A stretch of 64,000 nucleotides of DNA, taken from the NCBI GenBank assembly GCA_963796965.1, contig CAWCNS010000006.1:481179-545178 (forward strand), in the 5' to 3' direction. Of this stretch, positions 33,758 through 44,275 are shown piece by piece. The position numbers and the translations under genes were made by a program. The notes under the pieces were generated by a model, which saw only the letters and a program-made list of their open reading frames with translations, was not told where the DNA came from and did not search any database. The DNA is from Calditrichia bacterium. GTDB lineage: Bacteria; Calditrichota; Calditrichia; JAJRVZ01. Each line of letters starts with the position of its first letter. Positions within the stretch are counted from its first letter, which is position 1.

Positions 33758-34795
33758 ATGGTCAATCCAGGTTTGGCTCTATTAGTGGCTTTATTGATCA
33801 CTCTTTCTGCTGTTTTTTTCTTTTGGCCTCAAAAAGGGCTCGTTGCAAGGCGGAAAAAGAGAAAAGATTCTGGAAAAAGGGTCTTAATGGAGGATGCCCT
33901 GAAATTTATTTACGATATGGAATCCCGAAATATCAGCTGTAATATTAATTCCTTATCCAAAAGTCTACAAAGCACTCATCAGGAGTCCGATGCAATAATC
34001 TCACGTTTAAGATCATTAGGATTATTGCAGGATGGTGAAAAATTCAAGCTTTCTCCAGAGGGAAAAGACTACGCTCTGCGTGTTCTTCGAATACACCGTC
34101 TATGGGAGAGATATCTGGCAGAAGAAACAGGTGTGCCGGAAACAGAATGGCATCGTAATGCAGAGATCCAGGAACATAAAATGACGGTGGAAGAGGCAAA
34201 TGAATTAAGTCGTCATCTTGGGTATCCGCGCTATGATCCCCATGGTGACCCAATCCCAACCAGAACTGGTGATCTTCCGCCGGACCGGGGCCGTTCGTTG
34301 GATGATTTCTCTCAGGGTGATACGGTACGCGTTGTACACATAGAAGATGAACCTCCTGAATTATATGAAGAAATCGTTAGCAAGGGGATTTATCTTGAAA
34401 ATCATATTGAAATATTAAAAAAGCTAGAAAACAATCTGCATATTTTGACAAATGGTCAATCACAAACACTTTCAAAGAGAGTTGCGCAAAATATTACGGC
34501 TGTTCAATCCCAGGAAAATCCTGAGGTTGATGTTACATTTCCATCTCTTTCTTCTTTTAGGCCAGGTGAAAAGATTGAAGTTGTCAGAATATCAAAAGCC
34601 TGTCGGGGAACCCAACGACGACGTCTAATGGATTTGGGTATTGTACCGGGAACCGTTATTACTGTTGAAATGGTTAGCGCTGGTGGTGATCCAACAGCCT
34701 ATAAAATTAGAGAGGCGGTTATAGCGCTCAGAAAAGATCAGGCTCAACTTGTAAATGTTAAGCCCATAACAGAGGGGATCAAAAATGTCAGATAA
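33758..34795 (+). CDS. Membrane-anchored DtxR-like protein fused to two FeoA/SH3-like domains
   Basis: N-terminal TM followed by a basic stretch; [29 protein letters not shown]-terminal [12 protein letters not shown]...[16 protein letters not shown]. Confidence 0.85.
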   Translation: MVNPGLALLVALLITLSAVFFFWPQKGLVARRKKRKDSGKRVLMEDALKFIYDMESRNISCNINSLSKSLQSTHQESDAIISRLRSLGLLQDGEKFKLSPEGKDYALRVLRIHRLWERYLAEETGVPETEWHRNAEIQEHKMTVEEANELSRHLGYPRYDPHGDPIPTRTGDLPPDRGRSLDDFSQGDTVRVVHIEDEPPELYEEIVSKGIYLENHIEILKKLENNLHILTNGQSQTLSKRVAQNITAVQSQENPEVDVTFPSLSSFRPGEKIEVVRISKACRGTQRRRLMDLGIVPGTVITVEMVSAGGDPTAYKIREAVIALRKDQAQLVNVKPITEGIKNVR

Positions 34796-35582
34796 TTTGT
34801 CTTCCGGATGTGAGACCTGTCCGGTCCATCATTCAGGATATTTAAAAAAACTTGGTGTGAATATGGAAAGCTGGGATTATGTTATTGCCCTTGCGGGAAA
34901 TCCTAATACCGGAAAAAGCACCGTATTTAATTCTTTAACAGGTTTAAGACAACATACGGGCAACTGGCCCGGAAAAACAGTCACCCGAGCGGAGGGTGGC
35001 TTTGTCTATGAAGATAAACGCTATAAGATCGTCGACCTGCCGGGCACTTATTCGTTACTTTCTACAAGTACGGATGAAGAAGTTGCCCGGGACTTTTTAC
35101 TCTTCGGTAAGCCAGATGTCACGGTCGTTGTTCTTGACGCAACTAGAATTGAACGTAATCTAAATTTAGCGCTCCAGGTGTTAGAAATAACTGACCGCAT
35201 TGTAATATGCCTGAACCTGATGGATGAAGCAAAAAGGCATCAACTTGAAATAGATGTACGAAGATTATCTAAAGAGCTGGGTGTACCGGTAATTCCAACA
35301 AGTGTCAGACGGGGTGAGGGTGTGAAGGATCTTTTAAGAGCAATTCACGAAGTAGCAAATGGTCTTTATACCTGCAAACCCCATCGGATAGTAAGTGGAT
35401 CAAAACCGTTAAAAAATGCAGTAAATAATCTGGTTGAAAAAATAGAAAACCGCTTTCCGGGCATTTCAAACGCCCGATGGGTTGCTTTGCGCTTATTAGA
35501 AGGAGATCCGCGCATGGTTGAAGCGGTAAAAGATGGTGAGTTAGAAAATCTTGTTCAACCAATGTCAGCTTCAGGATCATAG
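34785..35582 (+). CDS. feoB: FeoB N-terminal GTPase as a stand-alone protein (split FeoB, part 1)
   Basis: [25 protein letters not shown]-terminal CETCPVHH; ends in tandem TAG TAA. Confidence 0.88.
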   Translation: MSDNLSSGCETCPVHHSGYLKKLGVNMESWDYVIALAGNPNTGKSTVFNSLTGLRQHTGNWPGKTVTRAEGGFVYEDKRYKIVDLPGTYSLLSTSTDEEVARDFLLFGKPDVTVVVLDATRIERNLNLALQVLEITDRIVICLNLMDEAKRHQLEIDVRRLSKELGVPVIPTSVRRGEGVKDLLRAIHEVANGLYTCKPHRIVSGSKPLKNAVNNLVEKIENRFPGISNARWVALRLLEGDPRMVEAVKDGELENLVQPMSASGS

Positions 35583-35607
35583 TAATTTCAATAAACGGGA
35601 ATAAAAG

Positions 35608-37043
35608 ATGGAAACGAAAATTAATTCTTCTGAAAATATACTACAAACTGCAAATGATTTGCGCTGGGAACTCGGTGAAAACCTTCATGATACCCTAACA
35701 GAATCAATTTATCAGGATGCGGCGTTAATATCCCAGAAGGTCGTTAACAAAAGTAATGAGAAACCCAGATTCGATTGGGACAGAACCCTAGACCGTTTAT
35801 TAACCAGCCGGATAACAGGATTTCCCATTATGTTATTTATGCTGGCAGTTGTTTTTTGGCTTACCATATCTGGAGCGAATATACCCTCGGCCATGCTGGC
35901 CAGCCTGCTACTGGAAGGTGTTTATCCAATTTTAAAAGATTTAGCCAGTATGATTGGAATGCCTTGGTGGTTGGACGGATTGCTTCTCGATGGTATGTAT
36001 ATGGCCATGGCCTGGGTGATTAGCGTGATGTTACCACCAATGGCCATTTTCTTTCCAATGTTCACCTTACTGGAAGACTTTGGATATTTACCCCGCGTTG
36101 CTTTCAATCTTGATAATATATTTAAACGGGCTGGTGCTCATGGGAAGCAGGCTTTAACGATGGCAATGGGTTTTGGCTGTAATGCCGCGGGCGTTATTGC
36201 CACACGGGTGATCGATAGTCCCAGAGAGAGATTAATTGCAATTATAACAAATAATTTTGCCCTATGTAACGGTCGCTGGCCAACCCAAATTCTAATCGCA
36301 TCATTGTTTATCGGCTCTCTGGCACCACCTGCTCTGGCGGGTTTGGTTTCTGCCTCAGCGGTAGTGGGGATTGCTCTTTTGGGCATTTTACTAACCTTTG
36401 TGACCTCATGGGCGCTTTCACGGACGATTTTAAAAGGGGAGCTTCGACATTTAGCCTGGAACTACCACCCTTTCGTCCTCCCAGAATTCTTCAGACATTA
36501 TATACCTCTCTGATCGATAGAACATTATTCGTTCTTTGGAGGGCGATTGTATTTGCAGTTCCGGCAGGTGCTGTGATCTGGTTAAGTGCCAATATACAAA
36601 TTGGAGAAGCGAGCATTGCCGAACATATTATAAATTTCTCAGATCCCTTTGGATTATTAATTGGTCTCAATGGTGTGATTATTTTGGCGTATATCATTGC
36701 AATACCGGCAAATGAAATTGTAATCCCCACCATATTGATGTTAACGGTGCTGAGCTTGAATGTTGTGGGCATAGGGGAGGGGACAGGTGTAATGTTTGAA
36801 CTGGATGATTATAACACTTATAGTGAGTTATTTGCAGCTGGTGGATGGACTCTTTTAACAGCAATTAATCTTATGCTGTTTAGCTTGCTACACAATCCAT
36901 GTTCAACGACTATCTATACTATTTATAAAGAAACCAAGAGCGCTAAATGGGCAGTCATATCTACTCTATTACCGGTGGTAATGGGAGTTGTACTTTGCTT
37001 TCTGGTTGCTCAATTGTGGCGTTTATTTGGCGGAATAGGATAG
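35608..37043 (+). CDS. feoB: FeoB membrane/Gate domain protein (split FeoB, part 2); frameshift near 36440
   Basis: [37 protein letters not shown]. Adding one A restores [13 protein letters not shown]. Confidence 0.88.
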
Positions 37044-37183
37044 GTATATATATTTCTACAAAAAATTTCTTATATTTCCTCCTTTTTGGATTAATTCTTA
37101 TCCTTTTTTGATTCTAATAATCTGTGGGTTAATAGTTAATCCAATTTTTATTCACAGAATGCTGGTTCTTAATAAGAGACTTT

Positions 37184-37438
37184 ATGGCAATTACATCTGA
37201 TCTCAATATAATAGTACGTCTATGTGACCTTGAAAAAGGGGCAGTGGCAATTATATGTGATTTTGAAAAAAATGGATCAGATTTTGGCCGGCTTCGTGAT
37301 ATGGGTCTTCATATTGGTACCAAATTCAGAATAATAAAATTTGCCCCTGGTGGTGATCCGATTGAAATAAAAGCCCGTGGATATTATATGTCGCTTCGCA
37401 GATCAGCTGCCAAATATATTTTTGTTAAAAGAAAATAG
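37184..37438 (+). CDS. feoA: Ferrous iron transport protein A
   Basis: RLRDMGLHIG, APGGDPIEIKARGYYMSLR. Confidence 0.9.
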   Translation: MAITSDLNIIVRLCDLEKGAVAIICDFEKNGSDFGRLRDMGLHIGTKFRIIKFAPGGDPIEIKARGYYMSLRRSAAKYIFVKRK

Positions 37439-37448
37439 TTCAAAAATT

Positions 37449-39609
37449 ATGGAATTATCACCACAAACAACCATAAATAGAAATATATCAATAAATGACG
37501 ATAGAAGTTATCGTGTTGTCATTATGGGAAATCCAAACTCGGGTAAAACAGACTTTATTTAATCGTTTAACGGGTATGCATCAAAAAATCAGTAATTTTC
37601 CCGGTGTAACGGTCGAAAAAAAAAGCGGTTGGATTCGGGGTGAAAACATATTAGTTGAGGATTATCCGGGAACCTATAGTTTACAAGCCAGAAGCCCCGA
37701 TGAACAAATTGTCAGCGATCAGATCCAAAGTTGGAGAAACACTAACAAACGCCCGGATGCGGTTATTATTGTTGTGGATGCTACGAACTTATCCCGAAAC
37801 ATCTATTTTGCTCTTCAAATATTAGATATGGGCCTACCGACGGTACTGGTTCTGAACATGTATGATGAGGTTCAACGCAAAAAGATATCCGTTGATTGTG
37901 GAAAATTAGAAAAACTTCTTCAAACAACGGTGATAGCAGCTTCAGCGAAATATGGTGAGGGTATCGAAGATATTATTTCAGGTCTGAAAAAGGTTGTAAG
38001 GAAAAAGCCCGGACAGCAAAAAAGCCCGGTTCTAATGAAAGTTGATGACCAGCTTATACCCTTACAACCGCTCATTGATTATTTGGCTGAACTGTCTTCC
38101 GACCAGCAAGTGTTACCCTTAAGTGATAGTTTTCATCTTGTTGCAGATGATAAATTCATACACCATCTGCAACCATTTCTGGCCCCCGCACAGAAAACTA
38201 CAATTACTAAACTTGTACATCAATCACGGGAAACGTTTCGTGCTCATAGTATTGATTATCGATCCCTCGAATCAAGGGCGCGTTATGCTTTTATCGATGA
38301 AGATTTATTACCGGCTTTTGGCATTCCTGAGATTTCAACAAAAAGTTCTAGTGAGAAAGCAGACCATGTTATTACACATCCGGTTTTTGGATCAATTCTT
38401 TTTCTATTTCTGCTTGGTTTTATTTTCAATGCGATCTTTTCATGGGCACAGTATCCGATGGATTTTATAGAGGGTGGTATAATCTGGTTAGGGGACGCAA
38501 CAAAGACCCTTTTAGAACCTTCTGACCTTAGAAGTCTAATCATTGAAGGATTGATTGGTGGTGTTGGAAATATTATAGTGTTTTTGCCCCAGATAATTCT
38601 TTTAGTCTTTTTTATTGGTCTGTTGGAAGATTCGGGGTATATGGCACGCCTATCATTCATGCTGGATGGATTATTAAGCCGGTTTGGATTGAGTGGAAAA
38701 GCAGTCTTACCCTTGTTAAGTGGCTTTGCCTGTGCAATTCCAGCGATTATGGCAGCCCGAACAATGGAAAACCGCCGGGATCGATTTTTAATTATCCTTC
38801 TAATTCCTTTAATCAGCTGCAGTGCTCGTCTACCCGTTTATACCCTCCTGATTTCGGCCCTAATTCCCCAAAAAACAATTTTTGGGTTTATACAACTACA
38901 GGGCCTTGTTCTTTTAGGTATGTATTCACTTGGATTTATTACGGCTTTAATGATATCCTTGATAATTAAGAATGTCTCTGGAAAAAAACGATCCTTCCAG
39001 TATTGGATCGAATTACCACCGTATCGTATACCCATGATCCGCTCACTATGGTGGCGTGTTCTTGATGCAGGTAAGAAATTTCTGTTTAATGCCGGTAGCA
39101 TCATTCTGGCAATGTCGGTTATTTTATGGTTTTTGGCTTCCTATCCAAAACCTGAACCTGAAACAGAGTTGTCATCTCGTCAAGCAGTTTCACAAAGTTT
39201 TGCAGGGCAATTGGGAAAATTGCTGGAACCAGTCATTGAACCATTAGGCTTTGATTGGAAGATAGGGGTTGGCCTGATATCTTCGTTTGCTGCAAGGGAA
39301 GTTATTATCAGTACTTTCTCGACTATTTACAATATGGAATCTGCAGATGAAGAGGATACAGTTTCTTTACGTGAGGCATTGAAAAAAGATCGTTATCCAG
39401 ATGGAAGAGCTGTATTTACCCCATTGGTCACCTTATCACTCCTGGTGTTTTTTGTTTATGCGGCTCAATGTATGTCAACCTTTGCGATCATCAAGAAAGA
39501 AACCAATTCCTGGTTATGGCCTTTTGTGATGTTAGTATATATGAATGTATTGGCTTATTTGGCGGCATTAGTTGTGTATCAGGGGGGATTATGGATGGGG
39601 GTTGGATAG
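37449..39609 (+). CDS. feoB: Ferrous iron transport protein B, full length; frameshift near 37550
   Basis: ATG 37449 gives MELS...GNPNSGKT; after the shift LFNRLTG, NFPGVTVE, DYPG, NMYD, LEDSGYMAR, GFACAIP, CSARLP, FAAREV. Confidence 0.92.
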
Positions 39610-39764
39610 TGGTCGAAAAAATACTACTTTTAATATTATTAGGCTTGGCAGTGGTCTATGTATATAGACATATGAAAAACAAGCTTATTATTGGTGAAAA
39701 AGAAGAAAAATGTCATGGATGTCCGGTTGAAAAAATTGTTTCTCACCAGAATCATACAAAATAG
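39609..39764 (+). CDS. FeoB-associated Cys-rich small membrane protein
   Basis: GTG overlaps the feoB stop; TM ILLLILLGLAVVYVY then CHGCP; 51 aa. Confidence 0.7.
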   Translation: MVEKILLLILLGLAVVYVYRHMKNKLIIGEKEEKCHGCPVEKIVSHQNHTK

Positions 39765-40096
39765 CCTTCTTTATTCAATAAGATTCATAGTACTCATCTT
39801 GTTTTCCATCCGTAATTGCTTCTTCATATAAATGTGTAAATAAAACCTGAGAATAGTAAAAGTAAGATTAACCGTTATGGGGATAAAGAAAGTCATTTTC
39901 TTTAAAATAGAATATTCTTGCGAAGTTTCATAGCAAAAAGCAGATTCGTACACATGTGACTGAATTCGAATCCACTTGCAACTCTAAGTATTTCTCTGTG
40001 GTTTATCTTTTAATTCCCCGTTTTAATTTTATCGGAACGACTATACTGATTTTTCAAAAATTGTCAAGAGATTTAAAAAGAGCTCCTAAGATGATA

Positions 40097-40146
40097 TTGA
40101 CAGATCAAAACTATATGTGTAAATTTTGTTAAACATACCTAACAAA
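40097..40146 (+). promoter_or_regulatory. Sigma70-type promoter with downstream DtxR-like operator
   Basis: TTGACA (40097-40102), 17 bp, TG-n-TAAATT (40120-40125), then palindrome TTTGTTAA-ACATAC-CTAACAAA (40125-40146). Confidence 0.7.
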
Positions 40147-40164
40147 TGTTATACGGATATAATA

Positions 40165-40686
40165 ATGAAAGATGTCTGGAAAAAGTATGATGATATTGCT
40201 CTCAGTCATAGTAGTATTCATCATCTTTTAGCCATTAATAATTTGATCAAAGATAATGGATATTCACGTTCTGTGGATATTGCCAATTATTTGAATATTA
40301 GTCGGGCAAGCGTCTCGATTACGATTACAAAACTTAAAGATAAAGGATTTGTTAAAGAAGATAAAAATCGATTTTTACGTTTGTCACTAAAAGGAAATGA
40401 ATTGGTAAATTCTGTTTTATCAAAGCGGCGGATTGTTGAGAAATTTTTTATAGAGGTCCTTGATCTCTCTGAGGTTGACGCGGAAGTTGAAGCCTGCAAA
40501 GTTGAACATCTTTTGAGTGAGCCGACTGGTAAAAAGTTGATTAATTTTATGGGATATTACCTTTCCAGTCAGCCTGAAGTCCAGAAATTTAGAGAGGGTT
40601 TAAAAGATTTTGCTTTTAAATGCTCTTCAACCCAGGACTGTGAAGTGTGTGAATTGGATTGCTTTTTTAAACCCAATGACCATTAA
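40165..40686 (+). CDS. DtxR/IdeR family regulator with C-terminal 4-Cys tail
   Basis: RSVDIANYLNISRASVS HTH; EACKVEH; C-terminal CSSTQDCEVCELDC. Start placed at ATG 40165 because the upstream TTG lies in the promoter/operator. Confidence 0.85.
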   Translation: MKDVWKKYDDIALSHSSIHHLLAINNLIKDNGYSRSVDIANYLNISRASVSITITKLKDKGFVKEDKNRFLRLSLKGNELVNSVLSKRRIVEKFFIEVLDLSEVDAEVEACKVEHLLSEPTGKKLINFMGYYLSSQPEVQKFREGLKDFAFKCSSTQDCEVCELDCFFKPNDH

Positions 40687-40780
40687 TATCTGATGTTTGG
40701 CCGGGTTCATTTTTTTAATCACAAATCCAGGTCGCGACTGCAGGAATAAAATAATAGGTATTGAGAATAGGATTTAAGTA

Positions 40781-41020
40781 ATGGAATTGAAGAATTTGAC
40801 ACAGGTTTCAAAAGGAAAAAACCTAGAAGTTGTTAAAATAGAAGGCGGGAAGATTTTTCGGGAAAAAGTGGAATCATTAGGATTACGTGTGGGAGTAAAC
40901 GTAAAAAAACTTTCGACCCAGGTAATGAGCGGACCTATTACAATCCAAGTTGGAAGCAGTAAAGTAGCTCTTGGGCGGGGTATGGCCCAAAAAATTATTG
41001 TTAGTGACGGTGAGAAGTGA
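40781..41020 (+). CDS. feoA: Ferrous iron transport protein A
   Basis: SLGLRVG, GPITIQVGSSKVALGRGMAQKI. Confidence 0.9.
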   Translation: MELKNLTQVSKGKNLEVVKIEGGKIFREKVESLGLRVGVNVKKLSTQVMSGPITIQVGSSKVALGRGMAQKIIVSDGEK

Positions 41021-42738
41021 GCAAAATATTTCTAATTGGTAATCCTAATGTTGGAAAGAGTGCGATTTTCTCCCGATTGACAGGTGTACATGTCATTGCT
41101 TCAAACTATCCAGGTACAACAGTTGAATATAGCAAAGGATATTTACATGTTAAGGGTCATAAAACAGAAGTAATTGATATCCCTGGTACCTATTCTCTAA
41201 GCCCAACTTCAAAAGCTGAAGAAGTGGCAACAGAAATGCTGGAAAAAGGATTGAATGAGGGGGATACAATTTTCATCAATGTTCTGGATGCGACAAATTT
41301 AGAGCGAAATTTAAATCTGACCCTCCAGTTGCTGGAAAAAAATATTCCGATGGTTGTCGTGCTCAATTTCTGGGATGAAACCCGACATAAGGGCATCACT
41401 ATTGACCTGGTAAAGTTGACGGAGCTATTAGGTGCTCCTGTATTAGCGACAAGTGCTATTAGTGGGGAAGGTATAAAGGAGCTTGTCACCGGATTAGAGA
41501 ACGTTCCAAAGAGTAGATTTAACTACGAAGGGACGGATCGCTGGGCAGCTATCGGTTCAATTGTATCTCAATCTCAGAAATTGACACATCGACATCATAC
41601 ATTTTTTGATCGGATTGAGGATATCTCTATACATCCTTTTGCAGGTATTCCGGTTGCTATTTTGGTTCTGCTTGCTTCATTCTCACTCATTCGATTTGTT
41701 GGTGAAACTTTGATTGCTTATCTTTTTGAACCACTATTTGAAAATCTCTGGGCACCGCTTATAATGCCGCTTTCTGATTTATTAGGTAACTCAGGCTTCC
41801 TTCATAATTTACTTATCGGTAAACTTGTTAATGGCCAGATTGATTTTGTAGAATCATTAGGTCTGTTGACAACAGGTCTTTTTGTGCCTATTGGTATGGT
41901 ATTACCTTATGTGGTCTCTTTTTACCTGGTTCTTAGTTTTCTGGAAGATTCTGGCTACCTTCCACGTCTCGGGGTATTGGTTGACAACCTAATGCATAAA
42001 CTTGGCATACATGGTTTGGCGATTATTCCAATGCTGTTAGGAATAGGATGCAATGTACCGGGAGCAATGGCTACACGTATGCTCGAAACACGTCGTGAAA
42101 AGTTTATTGCGGCAACTTTGATGGCCATTGCAGTACCCTGCATGGCCCAAACGGCGATGATATTTGGACTGGTTGGTCCCTATGGTGCTAAAGCGATGGC
42201 GGCTGTTTTTGGGACCTTATTTCTTGTATGGGTTGCATTGGGGCTTATTTTAAATCAAACTATTAAGGGCGAAAGCCCTGAGATTTTTGTTGAAATCCCA
42301 CCCTACAGACTTCCTTATTTCAATGCTCTGTTCAAAAAGTTATGGATGCGCACGCGCTGGTTTTTAAAAGAAGCGGTTCCCTTTGTCTTGGTTGGCGTAC
42401 TAATCGTCAATATCTTATATACGCTTGGTATTATAGATTTTATCGGTCGTCTAACTGCCCCATTAATAACCGGACTAATGGGATTGCCTGCGGAGGCGGT
42501 TGGAGCCATGATTGTTGGTTTCTTGCGCAAGGATGTGGCCGTAGGTATGCTTGTACCTTTAGATTTGACTATGAAGCAAATGATTATTGCCTCAGTTGTT
42601 CTAACTATGTACTTTCCCTGTATTGCAACCTTTACAGTATTAATAAAAGAATTGGATATGGCTGACATGGCCAAAGCAACTGTAATAATGATGGTATCTA
42701 CCATTACAGTGGGCGCAAGCTTAAATTTTTTGCTTTAA
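41017..42738 (+). CDS. feoB: Ferrous iron transport protein B, short type
   Basis: GNPNVGKS, NYPGTTVE, DIPG, NFWD, LEDSGYLPR, GIGCNVP, YFPCIAT. Confidence 0.92.
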   Translation: MSKIFLIGNPNVGKSAIFSRLTGVHVIASNYPGTTVEYSKGYLHVKGHKTEVIDIPGTYSLSPTSKAEEVATEMLEKGLNEGDTIFINVLDATNLERNLNLTLQLLEKNIPMVVVLNFWDETRHKGITIDLVKLTELLGAPVLATSAISGEGIKELVTGLENVPKSRFNYEGTDRWAAIGSIVSQSQKLTHRHHTFFDRIEDISIHPFAGIPVAILVLLASFSLIRFVGETLIAYLFEPLFENLWAPLIMPLSDLLGNSGFLHNLLIGKLVNGQIDFVESLGLLTTGLFVPIGMVLPYVVSFYLVLSFLEDSGYLPRLGVLVDNLMHKLGIHGLAIIPMLLGIGCNVPGAMATRMLETRREKFIAATLMAIAVPCMAQTAMIFGLVGPYGAKAMAAVFGTLFLVWVALGLILNQTIKGESPEIFVEIPPYRLPYFNALFKKLWMRTRWFLKEAVPFVLVGVLIVNILYTLGIIDFIGRLTAPLITGLMGLPAEAVGAMIVGFLRKDVAVGMLVPLDLTMKQMIIASVVLTMYFPCIATFTVLIKELDMADMAKATVIMMVSTITVGASLNFLL

Positions 42739-43045
42739 GTGATCCGTGTTCGATTATCCAAAATTTATAATGTAGCTTATTCGTAAACCTTATCATAATA
42801 TATTACTACTTCATTCTGGACGATACTCCATTTAAATATTTCCGACTGATTTATATCTTCCCTAAAAATGCGATGTTAGAAAAGTTTATAAACGATTTAT
42901 TATTTTGAAAAAACAGACGACTATTATCATTAACACTTTTTTAGAAACTATAAACTACAATTGGGGTATTATCGGTTTAAATGGCTCCAATTAAGTTGTT
43001 CTGTCAAATATAATTAAGACAATAATGACAAATTATGGGGAAGAT

Positions 43046-44047
43046 ATGAAGTATCTGCAAAACATTTTGCTTTCTTTTTTATGTCTATTCACCATCTATT
43101 GCGGAACGGACTATGCCGAAAAAGGTAAAATGGCCTTTGAGAATAAGGATTATTCAGAAGCTATAAAGAATCTCACTCTGGCACTCAAAGATGATTCAAC
43201 CAATCACTTATATGATGAAATGATTTGCATATCTTATCTGCAAAGAGGGAAAGAATTGTTTTCGAAAACCAGAAACTTAAAAGCTTTAAATGGTAATCTT
43301 AGAGAAGCTCAAAAATACCTCCCAACAAGTCAATCAAATGAACTGAAATCAATTTATGCTGAAACTTACGTCTACCTGGCAAAGGCATACATTACAGCCC
43401 GCGCTTCTTCAAACGATGAAAAGGAACAAAATTTTGAGAATGCCTTAAATGCTGTAAAAGGAGCTCTTTCAATAGACAGCACCAATGTCACCGCAGACAG
43501 TCTTATGATCTCATTAAAAGAAAGTCATTTTCAAGGACTAATTGACAAAGGACGTGATCTGTATAATAAGGCAAGACGTACACGAAATCCCGATTTATAT
43601 TTTACCTCAGAATATTATCTAAAAGAGGCACAAACGTTTGAAGCAGAAAATCCACAAATCATCAGTTTGTTACAAAAAATAACAAAACAAGTCTTACCGG
43701 TTTTAAATTATCGTGAAGGTGTTTCGCTTGCCGTATCAGGGGTCACAAGGGAAAGAAAGGCAATTCTAATGAATCTTTCCATAAAAAATTACACAGCAAA
43801 AAGGATAAATCTGGTTCTTAATAATTTTACATTGGTTGATAATCAAGGACAGATTTATCCGGTGAATGAGCATGAAATGAGAAAAAGAGAACTGTTTGGT
43901 GAAAAATGTCTGGCAGATACGGTTCTAAATAGTGCAAATCCGTTAGCTTCAGGCATCATTGCATTTGATGCTCCGCCAGAGATTGTAATTTCCTATGTCA
44001 ATTATAAGATTGATAAAAATAAAGTATCAAGAAAATTCTTTCGTTAA
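43046..44047 (+). CDS. TPR lipoprotein with C-terminal Ig-like (DUF4352-like) domain
   Basis: Lipobox FTIYC; TPR-like helices; LSIKN...NFTLVDNQGQIY...GIIAFDAP. Confidence 0.6.
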   Translation: MKYLQNILLSFLCLFTIYCGTDYAEKGKMAFENKDYSEAIKNLTLALKDDSTNHLYDEMICISYLQRGKELFSKTRNLKALNGNLREAQKYLPTSQSNELKSIYAETYVYLAKAYITARASSNDEKEQNFENALNAVKGALSIDSTNVTADSLMISLKESHFQGLIDKGRDLYNKARRTRNPDLYFTSEYYLKEAQTFEAENPQIISLLQKITKQVLPVLNYREGVSLAVSGVTRERKAILMNLSIKNYTAKRINLVLNNFTLVDNQGQIYPVNEHEMRKRELFGEKCLADTVLNSANPLASGIIAFDAPPEIVISYVNYKIDKNKVSRKFFR

Positions 44048-44101
44048 TAATTTTATTCAGTCTCGTATTACATTGTTTGGACCAGTATTTTTCTACACAC
44101 T

Positions 44102-44150
44102 AAAGCCTTTAATTTGAATGATAGAAGTGTTCGTTCTCATTAAGGGCTTT
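44102..44150. terminator. Hairpin, possible terminator
   Basis: AAAGCCTTTAAT ... ATTAAGGGCTTT about 55 nt after the stop. Confidence 0.4.
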
Positions 44151-44275
44151 GTAATAATGAAAACCTCAAATTCTCCTTGCATTATTAATTCCGTATTCTA
44201 TTTTTATACTAATCATCAAGAAAATTCATAAATTATTCCATATCGCCAGAACAATAATTTAAGAAGGATAGTACA

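Noticed and set aside
33066..42738. Magnetosome-island interpretation of multiple feoAB
   Set aside because: No mam/mms-like genes recognised in the window.
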